Part shown: piece by piece, positions 10,701-22,295 of the stretch
Numbering within the stretch: the first letter of the stretch is position 1
Layout: every line of letters starts with the position of its first letter
Assembly (NCBI GenBank): GCA_023231475.1
Contig: JALJEE010000393.1
Span: forward strand, 1-45,297
Length of the DNA stretch: 45,297 nucleotides
From: Seison nebaliae
Lineage: Eukaryota
Reading direction: 5' to 3'
Translations under genes and position numbers: made by a program
Notes under the pieces: model-generated
Databases searched by the model: none
What the model was told of the DNA's origin: nothing
The model's input: only the letters and a program-made list of their open reading frames with translations

Positions 10701-13700
10701 TGTGATATGTGTATATGGTAGAAATCAACATAATCGTGTATAATATGCATTTAAAAAAAGGAAAATCAGTAAACTATCAATCTATTTCAAATGAAAATAA
10801 ACATTATTCAACTACTACCAATTCATCTTCTCCACATTTTATCTTCTTCTTCATTTCATATAGACATTATTTTTGGTGCAAATACTCCAGTCATTCCTGC
10901 CAGTCATACACCGGACGTTCCATATTTACGTTTGGATTGTACGGGAAAATTATGATTTTTGAGAGGAATTTCTTTTTTATTAGTTTTCTTGTTAGTTTTT
11001 TGGTTGACATTTCTCCTTGAATGGCGAGACAGAAGTTAGATGGAAATGATTGTAATATTAATAGTATACGTTCTTATCGGCAACACCATTTTTGACGAGA
11101 GTACCTCCTCGTCAATATGGACCTAGTGTAAGTGAAAAATTACTTCTTCCCTACTACGCAATACAGGAAAGGTGGAATTATAGGAGAATTATTCTCCCTT
11201 TTAATTACACAATCATTATTATCGTTCTTATTGCCATAACATTATTATAAATGAGGATTAAAGTAGATGGAGGACATCTTTCAAACAAATAGAAAGGAAG
11301 AATATTCAAATGACATAATATCAAGTCATAACAAATTGAAACATAAATGGAACATGCAGATGTGAAGGTGAGAATTATACAATAAGGTTATTCAACATTC
11401 TATTTAATAAATAGTATTTATGTTCGGAAATTTCTCTTTAATAATGGAAAGGTCAATTCAATTGAATTCGACGATTTCAAAACGAAAAGAAAAACATTCT
11501 TAATCCGTTCGTCTTTCTGGAACAAATAAACCCGAGAAATTTATTCAAAAAATATGATGAAGGAATAAAAGAAGGAGAAGTTCATTTGATCCTTATGAGA
11601 TGGGGTGGAATTTCTATATTTTTCTCATTACGAATGAGTAAAATACCTCATCGAACAACAATTAGTTAAACTAACACTAATCGATTAGCATAATGATGAT
11701 AATAGAAATTATACCATGTTATGTTTTGAGCTATTCAAATTTCTCCCCATTTTTATGAGACTTCATTATTTAAAGAAAGTATTTGGATAATTTACACTAA
11801 TTCCCCTTCTTCATCATCTTACGGTTTTCTTACTGAAATTTTAGAGAAATGATAACCTCAATTGTTGAGAAGGGAAACCTATTGAAAATGAGAATATGAA
11901 TGAATTAATGAGAATCGTTTAGTAGTCGAAGAAAGAAATTGAATAAGGATGGCAGCTTCCGATTTCTTCTTATTGAGTGGCAGGAACATATTCACATTTC
12001 CATCTTTATTGAAATTAATATGGAATTTAAGGTTATCCATCTCATTTCTCGTGGCTTCTCTCACCTCTACTTTTCCACGATCTGATGTAATCTCTTCCAG
12101 TATTTATGGAAATCTATTTCCATTCACAAAGAAATTAGAGAATGTTTCTTATTCATAATCAAACCATTTTTCCTAACCACCAACATTCTCGATCGATAGA
12201 TGTCTCAGAATTGTGATTGAATGAGAAAAAAAGGGAGAGCGAATTATTATTATGTTGTTGATTCGAGCAATAATGACACGTCGAATAGAATAGCATCAAT
12301 TGCATCAACTGATGCAATAAATTCAATTCAAGTTCAGGGACATCATTCCTATCAAATTCTTTGTTTATTCTTGTTGATGGAACGAATGATTTGAGGGGAA
12401 CATTCAAATGAATAAACTTCGGCAACGAATCCATCTAAAAATGGAAGAAATAGATCTCCATATTTTCCATCCAATTTTGCTTCGGAAAATATCTTCTTTT
12501 TTTCCTTCTTCTCCCTATCGGGAAAGTTCAATTACATAATTCATTATAAGGATTCGACGAAATCTATTTCGCCAATGAATCAAATGATTCTTCTTCATAC
12601 TTCCTCAAACACAAGAAAAGTTTCCAATTATTATATGGGAATCAATTTCACGAATTATCTCATTCCAATTCTTTCTATGATAGAAATAGAATAGAAATTC
12701 TATCATTGTTCGAGAATTTTAATCCATATTCCCTAACAAACAATTTTAGAAAGAGTTTATTTCTTTTCCTCAATTCGTTTTGTTTGTTCATGATAATAAT
12801 TGTCGTTATGAATAATAATTATTTTGGATGTGAAGGAAAAGTCAATAATCATTCGAAGAGAAATCAGATTGAATGATTTGGAGGAAACGAATGAAATATT
12901 ATTCGGATTAATTCCAATGAATAAACAAATTTTTCAAAGATATTCCAACATTTATCCATTCGACTTCTGATGAGAGAGGAAGGGCAGTAAGTTGAGATAC
13001 TTCAAGTAGCAAACATAAGCAGAGAATATTTATTTGTTCATATCCCAAAGTATCTCAATGTCAAAAAGAAATGTTCTTATTTTGTTTTCTACCGTTTCTA
13101 AAAATCATCTTCACAGCTTCCTTCAATGGAATCGATCCATATCTCTCTATTTCAAACTTGGGAGGATTGCGCACATTCGAAGTTGGAAGTCTTCGTCTTC
13201 CTTCCCGTCTCCCACTTACAATAATAAGACGTCTGTCCTTTCTATTGATTTTCGTAGTAACTAAATACGGAAAAAGAAATCGAAGATGCGAATCAGCTAA
13301 ATGACAGAGCACACTCATCATCTGTTAATGACAGTCTTCATCTTTCCTTTCCTCTCCAAATTATTCCTCCCATCAGTTTTCCCAAGAACGTTTCTCATTC
13401 CATTTCCTATTCTCTCCCATCGATATTTAAAGGATTCATCAATACTTGATAACGGTAAAATTAACAATACGTTGATTTATTTTTTGATCGGCCGTGAATG
13501 GAAGTGGAATAAGGACATAAAAAAGCGTCAAGTGTCTTTCGAAAATTTAGAGAAGTATTCGAATTCACAAATATGTGTGTGATGTTCATGATTATCAATG
13601 AACATTGATAATTCAGTGAACCCAAAAAACTGAAGTCTCACAAAGAACATTTATGAACAAAGTTCAACTTTTCATTTCGATTCTTCACCATCACCAACAC

Positions 13701-15107
13701 CAACATCACCTAGAGGAACAAATGCGGCCTCTTATTATTGACCGACGCAGATGTTCTTCAAATCTCTGAAATTGGCATTTGTGAATGCTTTTTAAGTACT
13801 TCTCATCGAAGGCGAATGATTAATTAATAAATCTAATTTGAAAATGAAAATTGTGTGAATTTCATATCAAGAAATCATTCAAATTAATAAACAATATTTT
13901 CATTCTGTAATAGGTGGGCAGTCAGTGTAATTGAGATGTGGAGAAAGATGTGTGTTTGTGTGGAATATATCTAGCAATCTAATACTTCAATCATTTTGTA
14001 TGCGCAATTAATTTCGTTTATAGAAAAGAAGACGATTCGACAGAATGTTACACCGAATGTCCAGCTGTGATTTGTGAAATAATGAAATATGTTTGTAATT
14101 CAGATCAATATCTCCACTACAAATTAGACAGGCCAATCAGTCATTCGTGCATTTTTATTAATTTATGCCGACGCCTTCCGATCTTCATTCAACGAAGTGA
14201 ACTGTTTATAGAATGAATTATTTCCCAGAATTTTTCTTCTGCATCTTGAATGATTCCTGCTTTCTCTTCCCAGTCATTTCCTAAACTCTCCAAATAAATC
14301 AGATCCTTCTTCAACTTCTCTAATGAAAGTTATAGTCGAGTAAGTTTCAATGGAAACTGAACGAGAAAGTTATGAATCGAACATCCAGTTGAATTGTATC
14401 CTGATCCCTTGAAATAATTCCTGCGGGAATAAATCATTGAACTTATTGTCAATCTGCTTATTCATTTTCTCATTCAATATTTTCGTGAAAAATTCCTTCT
14501 TATCAGAAATATTTTTTCATCTTTTATTCATTCGATCAATCATTCATTGTCTTTTATTTCAATTCATTCTCATTCATTAGCAATGGAAGACTTCCGCATA
14601 AGTTTCTCCCCAAAATTGATTTTGTTAATTCACCAAATATTCATTGATTACTTCACTTTCTTCAACTAAAAATAACTTCTACGCCCTTCCTTCTCCGCGT
14701 ACGTCGTTGAAGAAGGTTCGGCCAAAGTCTCTTCCTTCACAATTCTCCCTTCCCATCATGGGAACAATAGACCAGAAAATAGTTGTAATAACGAAGTTGT
14801 ATTACCTTTTCAATTGATGATGACAATCTGAAGTAGTGAAAGAAAAGAAAGGCAAATCGGCAAGATTCTTACCGGATATATATCTGAAGGAAGAAACGAA
14901 ATTGAACAACTTTTTTAACGATTTCCTTTACTACTTTCTTCCATTGAGCCGACCTCTTCTCACTCTCGACCTTCACTTCAAACTTCTTATTCATCGATAA
15001 TTCCTATCTTTTAATCATATTCATCAACCAAACGAAAAGAACGAAACTAAATTGATTCTATTCGGAATTCTTTCTCTAGAAATCTCTCCCAATGTATCAT
15101 AAGTGAG

Positions 15108-17090
15108 ATGTTGTTTCATTTATTACTCTCCTTCTATCATCTCCTTCATTGCTTCGCAAAAACGACATATATCAGTGGAATTGAAAGTCAAACGGTAGAA
15201 TTACCATGCGATTTAGAACAAATCGACAATTTCCAATCGACCGTTCTACCAGATATCTCCAAAGTTGTCTGGATTCGACATAGTACCGGAGATGTCTTAT
15301 CATTCAACGATCGAATATTGATAAATGATAAACGATATGAATTAAAACGAATTATGAGACGGATCAATATCACAATTGTTAATTCGAAAGAGAACGACCA
15401 ATTCATCCATCCTAATACTTATAAACAATCTTTCCGTGTTTGGGATTTGTTCATTCACAAGCTCTCATCATCCGATGCTGACGATTACGCTTGTGATGTT
15501 TTATGGACTGATCCCATTGTACCACCAGTAAAATCGCATGACAATCATACATTCGAATACACAGAACGAGATACGGAGAAGAATATCATATCAAGAAATC
15601 ATGCACAATTCAATTTCAAATTATTCGGTAAGAGACAATCAAAAAAATCCACCGTTCAATCAGTCACTCTAGAAGTATTTGAACCACCAAAATTCCTCCC
15701 ACCAATCAGCAACGACGTTCTAGCAATGGAAGGAGATGACATCGAATTACAATGTAATGCACGTGGCAATCCCACTGTCCATATCAGATGGTTTCTTCGA
15801 TTTTATCGAGTCTTCGATCAACACAACGAAACAAAAACCAGTTAGACATTTTTCAAAATTTTTTTTTAAATATTTAAATTAATTGTTAAATTTGTTCGGA
15901 TGTTTTATTCCTTTCATCACACCTATAAATACTTTTCCGAACATTTTCGTCACCATTTTTTTTTCCAGTTTCCGTCACACCGCGAAGATTTGTTGTTATA
16001 ATAAACAAAAATATTAATTAATTTTTTAAATAATTTTTTTTCAGTTATCCAACGAATGAATGGCGATCGTTTGAGAATATCTGATATCTCCGTACGAACT
16101 AGTCCGGATAATGTAGAGTGTGTTGCAACGAACGGTATTAATCCTGCAGTATCAAGGACGATGAAAATCAACATTCATAGCGCTCCGAGAGTTAGTGTCG
16201 AACGGAAACCATTAGAAGAGTACATGTTGAAGAATCCTGATACAATCCAATTCACAATTCGTCCATTTCCCACATCCATCAAACATAGAACGTTACAAAA
16301 TGAAAGAACGAAAATTATATGTTGGATACATGCAAATCCGAGACCGGAAGTCCATTGGATACGAATGAATGATGCCGTCAATTTCACATCATATTCAATC
16401 GTCCAACATTTCAATCATAAGAAAGGACATCAAATGTATTGGTGGAAATCCGTTTTAACATTAGACGTTTCATTATTTCTCATTTATTTCTCTTCTATCA
16501 TAATTAATTTCCATTTTTTAAATAGATGACACATGAAAATATAATCGCATCTTTTCGTTGCGATGCAAAAAATTATATGGGCACAAGTCAAGCATTCTTC
16601 TCTTTCGAAGGTATCTCCTCTTTTTATCTCCTTCTAATTCTTTATATTTAAATCCTTCATAGAAATCATTACAACAACAACAACAACAACAACGCCGAGT
16701 ACATCTTCATTAGCGCAGTTGACGGAGATCTCACCAAGAAATAGAGCTCGATCTTCGTCAGAGGTGATGAACGAAGATCAATTCAATGATAATATCAAAT
16801 CTTTAAGTAAACCGTCGTGGTGGAAGACGTTGTTCGATAGGAATACGAAAAATTCATTAAGATATCGCAATTATGAGAATTGGCCATACGCTACATCACA
16901 AATGAAAAAGTCACAATTCTATAAACGACGTTATTTAATTTTTGAATTTTAATAATTTTTGTAAAATTTTTCTTTTTCAGATTCAACAATTCGAGAAAGA
17001 TTCTCACCTTGGGTCGGGTCTTCTAGTGCATATTTTCACATATCTCATCACCTCATCCTGACAATATTATTCTTTTACTTTTTTGTATAG
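15108..17090 (+). CDS. GPI-anchored three-Ig-domain adhesion protein (Lachesin/DIP/IgLON-like)
   Basis: Exons 15108-15840, 16045-16466, 16526-16610, 16663-16929, 16981-17090 join in frame. Signal peptide; Ig1 (LPC..VVW..DADDYAC); Ig2 (LQCNARGNP..W..VECVATNG); Ig3 (IICWIHANPRPEVHW..FRCDAKNYMG); Thr-rich stalk; C-terminal GSSS plus hydrophobic tail with no cytoplasmic part. Confidence 0.85.
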
Positions 17091-17631
17091 TTTCAATTTT
17101 TCTTTTCAATATTAATAAATAGTCATTATTTCTCCAAATCATATTCAGATAGTCAATCGAAATAGAAATTATAATTTATTAAATTTTCGAAATTTTAATG
17201 ATTGAAATAAAGAAACATAAAAAAAGTGAAAAAAATTCATAAAATTATACAAGTTCTAATCAGACAACAAAGAAAGAAAGTATAATCATACATAAATCAT
17301 CTTTTGTTCTCATTCCGAAAACAATATTAATGTAAGTTCTTGATGGTAATTTATGATATTTATGATGATATTATTATTAATATTTAATTGATTATTTATA
17401 TTCTATAATTGACAATATTAATATTTTTAGAATAATTGCATTGTTTATATAAAACATTTTTCAATTTCTCGTTAAAAGTTCTCGTTGAAATTAAAAATAT
17501 AAAAAGAAATTTTCATTCATACTCATTTCTAACAAACAACGACAATTATCATAAAATTGCTGGAAAAAACTCGTAATAGTTCCATGTGAATATAATTGTC
17601 AACAAGTTAAAAATTAAAAGAAACAAAAAGA

Positions 17632-18260
17632 ATGGCATATGGAAGAGGTGAAACTGAAGGATGTGCGAAGTGTATAAAAATATTGATAATGTTGATAAAT
17701 TTCATATTTATGGTTAAATTCTCTAATTAAATAATTCTTTAAAAAATTAATTTGTCGATTGAACTAATCAGTTAGCAAGTTCGGCAATTCTTCTTGCTGG
17801 TGTCCTCCTATTCATCGGACAGGATTCGTTAGGCATTTTCAAAAAAGTTGGTTTGGATATATTTGGTCTGGCGAGCAAAGCACAAGAAATCATAAAACAT
17901 TTGTCGATCGCAATTCTGGTAATTGGGGCAGTGGCGACCGTACTCTGCATAATGGGCTGTGGCGCCGCATGTTGTGAGAATGGCGGTTATTTGATTTGTG
18001 TTAGGAATTAAAAAATTTCAAAATTTTTAAACTCAAATCCATTTTTTTCACGATAGTATGGTTTTATGTCGTTACTGGCTGGCGTGGGAGCTATAGTTTT
18101 CATGTTTCAAGCACTCAAATGGTTAAAGAAACCGGGCTTGTCTAAAATCGAAGTGTTGAAAAAGATAGTACCGATTCTTTTTGGGACTTATGCTGGTCTC
18201 TGTTTCTTCTGTTTCATTTTAGCCATAGGTCTCGGCTGTTATTTAATTAAAGAAGCTTAA
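17632..18260 (+). CDS. Tetraspanin-like 4-TM protein with a very short large extracellular loop
   Basis: Exons 17632-17712, 17772-17999, 18057-18260. GCAKCIKILIMLINFIF (TM1 with conserved N), IMGCGAACCENGGYLICY (GCxG..E..L..Y motif after TM2), then TM3 and TM4. Only partly in the ORF track. Confidence 0.8.
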
Positions 18261-18568
18261 ACGTTTTTTTTTCTTTTATTCATCAATGAGACATTTCTCA
18301 CTTTGATTTTCTTCAAAAATCGAAAAAAATTTTTTTTATTAATTTTCTTAGAAATTCTAACAGAAATAATGGAAGTTCCATTACTGGAACCGTTAAAATG
18401 ATGAGATTTAAAAGAAAAAAAATAATAGAAAAATTTTTGTTAGTAATTTCCTTCAATATATATATGAGACATATTTGTAAGAAAATCGAATGAGAGAAAG
18501 AAAATTTCCACAAATTTGAAATTCATGAAAAAAAATCGAAAAAAAGATGATGAAATCGAACCGAAATT

Positions 18569-20332
18569 TTATAATCGTGCTACTGTCGGCATATTCAGTT
18601 TCCCATGTGGCTTATTGTCTTTATTATATTTCTTATCATTCTTTCTCGCTTGTTGCATTGAGATCTGTTGTGGAAGAGATGAATCTAATTCGGGCAAAAT
18701 TGAATTGACCAATTTGGCAATTAATGAAATTGCAGCACGATAGACATTTCTATCAAGTTTTTTTTGATTGGCTAAAATGGAAAGGAGATTTAATCGATTA
18801 TCCGTTCCATGAGCACCAGCTAACGAACGAATGTTTGGTTGGCGTGGTGGACGACCATGTTCAGCTGATGACAATTGAAGAAGACGATACGTATTTCCTG
18901 TCAATGGACAACGAGCAGTACACGCGTGTGGTGCCAAAGTTAAAACTGTGACGAAATTCGTTCTCATAGCGAGAGTCATTTTATTGGAGATGACATGACA
19001 GAAAGCGGTCGATAACCAAAGAGCGATATGATCAGTGAGGAATTCGTCGAATCTCATAATGCCCAAATGTACCAATTGACATCGTGGCCATAACATAATC
19101 TGATCCATAATAAAATCTAAGCTCAAACTGTCATTTTCATTAATTTCGATACGTTCACCTTTATTCACAAAATGATATGGATCATAATTTGGCAAATGGA
19201 CATCTGACCAATTTTCAAGATAAAGTTCTTCTTTCACCACTTCATTCGTTCGCAATTGTTGTTGTTGTTGTTGTTGTGATGGAAATGGTGCAGGATATTC
19301 CTGTGATTGAAAATAATCATTTTTCGTATTTATTTGACGTTCTGATGATGTGCCCGAATATGTGGAGTTATTCGGGACATATCGTTGATTGTCATATGAT
19401 GTGGGTTGAAGATAACGTGGATCTGATGGTGGTTGTGATGGTGGCGGTGCACCAGGACGTCTACCGTCAAAATTATTAATTTCTCGATTATTCGAAATTG
19501 GAAGTGATGGAGCATTGTACGAATGAGTCGATGGTGGAACATCAGGAAAAGTTGTCGGATATCGTAATTGATTAGGCTCGAACGAATTGAATGAATGATT
19601 TTTATTTAAGCTTTGTTCTTGGTCGTTATGTGGAGGTCGAGTTAAATAATCAGGAAATTCTTCTTGATATCGACTTCGTTTCTCTAAATTCTTCTCATCA
19701 TATCGTTCCTCGAAATGACGTTTTGTATATAATGGCGTTTTAACTCGTTCGTCGACCAATTCGGGATAAAGTAATTTGTTCAGTTCTAAATCGCGATTGG
19801 GCGAAGTTGTTCTACCATCAAAATTTCTAATTTTCCTTTCTTCTATATAAGAAGAGTTGGTATAATGTCTTCCATTATCATTCATATGTTTATTCTCATT
19901 CAAATGGAGATGATATGAATGATCTCCTCTCTTTCGATCATCCATCAAATGGAAAGGAACGGGAACATTCCTCTCTTCGTCAAATTGACGTATGTCAAAT
20001 TGTTCGTCGACTTTCCTCCCAAATTCCTCACGATAAGTGAGATTGGAATTTGAATATCGATCAATCGGATCGTTCGGATATCGATCACTTTTCATCGATT
20101 GACCATTCGAATATCGATCATTCTCCATCATTTCATCATTCGGATATCGATCATTCTTTATCGATTTATCTTCCAAATATCGATCATCATGATAATTAGT
20201 TCGAGATGGCGGTTGATGATGATGATGGTTTCTGGAATTTGGATAACGTTGGCGACGAGAATCGCCATTCGAATATTTGTCTCGATAGAAATTCGAATTA
20301 TTGCGACCTCGATAATGAGATTTGGCTGACAT
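18569..20332 (-). CDS. Protein with a long R/D/Y/N- and P/Q-rich disordered N-terminus and a ~190-aa C-terminal alpha/beta domain (possibly a degenerate SGNH fold)
   Basis: 1.77-kb open frame with first ATG at 20332, internal DRYPND repeats, polyQ and a hydrophobic globular C-terminal part. Confidence 0.75.
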   Translation of the reverse strand: MSAKSHYRGRNNSNFYRDKYSNGDSRRQRYPNSRNHHHHQPPSRTNYHDDRYLEDKSIKNDRYPNDEMMENDRYSNGQSMKSDRYPNDPIDRYSNSNLTYREEFGRKVDEQFDIRQFDEERNVPVPFHLMDDRKRGDHSYHLHLNENKHMNDNGRHYTNSSYIEERKIRNFDGRTTSPNRDLELNKLLYPELVDERVKTPLYTKRHFEERYDEKNLEKRSRYQEEFPDYLTRPPHNDQEQSLNKNHSFNSFEPNQLRYPTTFPDVPPSTHSYNAPSLPISNNREINNFDGRRPGAPPPSQPPSDPRYLQPTSYDNQRYVPNNSTYSGTSSERQINTKNDYFQSQEYPAPFPSQQQQQQQLRTNEVVKEELYLENWSDVHLPNYDPYHFVNKGERIEINENDSLSLDFIMDQIMLWPRCQLVHLGIMRFDEFLTDHIALWLSTAFCHVISNKMTLAMRTNFVTVLTLAPHACTARCPLTGNTYRLLQLSSAEHGRPPRQPNIRSLAGAHGTDNRLNLLSILANQKKLDRNVYRAAISLIAKLVNSILPELDSSLPQQISMQQARKNDKKYNKDNKPHGKLNMPTVARL

Positions 20333-21455
20333 AATTTCTTTCAAATTTCGAAAGATGAAAAATTATTGGAAATGACAATTTCAATTATCTCCACGTCAAA
20401 TACGAAGTTAATTGATAAAATGAGAAAAAATAATTTGTGAATGCGGAAGACAATCCGCTGGAGAAATTAGAATTTAGAGATATCACTTATCCACATCGGA
20501 GAGTAAAAGCGAAAATATTTATCTCTCTATCTACAACAAGAGAATGGAAGAAATTGTTCTTATTCGTAGAGGAGAATGAAATGCCTTTAATATCAACAGT
20601 TCATTAAGCTAAACTTTTAAATTTTCCCAATAATTTAATTTTGAATTTTTTTAAAAAATTTTTTTTAATTTAAATTAAAATTAAATTAAATATAATCATG
20701 ATTAATTAATTCTCATAATCTTCCGACAAGATTTCATTCTTTTAATTTCCATAAATTATGTCGCCAAGGCTTTATTTCATGTTTCTCGATTGGTTCATAC
20801 ATTCAACAAATCTCTTCATATAAAATCCATATTCTCTCTCATTCTTCTCTGAGGGACAATTTAAATAATTGGAACATAATCGATAATATGATTAAAATTG
20901 AATCATCATCTCCAACTCACTAACAATCGTCATTTCCTTCCACAACTGTCGTCACCGTTTTTCGTCACTTGTTTTTCAATTGTCATGGAAATGTAGTTCA
21001 ATAAATGGCAATGTTGACCCGATCGCATTTCCTAACAAATTTTCTTATCTTTCCCGTTTTTCTACTAAACATTTACCCGAGATTTTTCTATTTCAAACTG
21101 AAAATAACGATGTTGCCATAACGAATAATAAATGATATACTTGAATTTATTCGAATTTTGTTGGGAGAACAAAAAATTTTCTTTCGATTTTATTTTCCAG
21201 AGAATGAAATAAGAGAGATGTGAATAAAATGGTGAAAAAGAACAAAGTGTTTGATTTATGTATATCCGCCAAATGTCGTTGTGTTCATTTAATTTCTTTT
21301 TTTTCTTGTCGTCTACATAGAATTCGTTAGGAAGTGGGAAAAGTGTAGGAAGTTGAATATATAACATTCAATCGGTATTGGTTGATGTATGAAAAAAAAA
21401 ATTCGAATATATGAAATATATAATAATTATAGATGGTGGATATTCCTTACATCAT

Positions 21456-22295
21456 TCAATTAATTGTTAACATAGAATTTCTTTTTTGGATTTGACGAAA
21501 ATCTTTTGAATTCTTTCTCATTTTTCTAAATTTTCCATAACTTAAAAAGTCAATGGGATGACTTGGTCGGTTGACATCGATAAATAAATTAGTTATATTC
21601 ATTTGGTTCGATTTCATTAAACTGTAAATAGTTGCGTGTTGTGAAGGATTTTGTTGTTCGCGTGTGGTTATCATAGAATTGGATCTGGTTCGATCACTTA
21701 CAAATTTGTGTGTGAGACGACGACGGAGTCCTTCGGACTTTCTTCGAAAATTTCTATTTTTATTAGTCGGTCGAAATTTTGGTTCTTTCTTTAACATTTC
21801 GGTTTTCTCATTCGATTTTTCAACATTCCCATCTAATTGATATGACGTAAATGATGGAGAATTAGAAAGTGGGGCATGAATGACATCTGCACTCAAAGTT
21901 CTTGCAATTGGTGTTGCTTTCCATTTTCTTCGTTTCTTATAATGATAATGTGTATTTTTCATAGATTCGATCGTTTTTTCTAAAGTATTCGATTCTTTCC
22001 TTTCTTTTCTCATCGATTTCTTTTTATGACGACGAATCATTCGTTGCTGATGATGCATCATAATCAGTTCGTTATGATGTTTCTCCTTTTGGATTTCTAA
22101 TCGTCGTTTGATAATCGTATAGGCGAAATATAGACAGAAAATGACGAGCATGACGATTAGTGTTAATCCGATATTCAAACCGGTTTGAGCGTCAGCTAAT
22201 AATTCCGGCGCCTCATATTGAATATTTTCTCCATTCTCTTTCTGGCTGTATAACTGATACAATTGGGTCAAATTGAAGTCGTTTGATTCTTTCAT
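21456..22295 (-). CDS. Single-pass membrane protein with a long basic cytoplasmic tail, unknown function
   Basis: 279-aa ORF with an in-frame stop just upstream of the ATG. One TM segment (IGLTLIVMLVIFCLYFAYTII) followed by KRR. K/R-rich tail. Confidence 0.7.
   Translation of the reverse strand: MKESNDFNLTQLYQLYSQKENGENIQYEAPELLADAQTGLNIGLTLIVMLVIFCLYFAYTIIKRRLEIQKEKHHNELIMMHHQQRMIRRHKKKSMRKERKESNTLEKTIESMKNTHYHYKKRRKWKATPIARTLSADVIHAPLSNSPSFTSYQLDGNVEKSNEKTEMLKKEPKFRPTNKNRNFRRKSEGLRRRLTHKFVSDRTRSNSMITTREQQNPSQHATIYSLMKSNQMNITNLFIDVNRPSHPIDFLSYGKFRKMRKNSKDFRQIQKRNSMLTIN

Noticed and set aside
9440..13582. Many 60-100-aa ORFs in the long intergenic region
   Set aside because: No recognisable domains, no consistent exon chain, and compositions expected from AT-rich non-coding DNA.
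18516..18743. Plus-strand ORF with a hydrophobic stretch and CCG, a possible missing tetraspanin exon
   Set aside because: It is antisense to the Lys-rich end of the 591-aa ORF. The CCG follows the hydrophobic segment instead of preceding it, and the tetraspanin already has TM4 and a stop at 18260.
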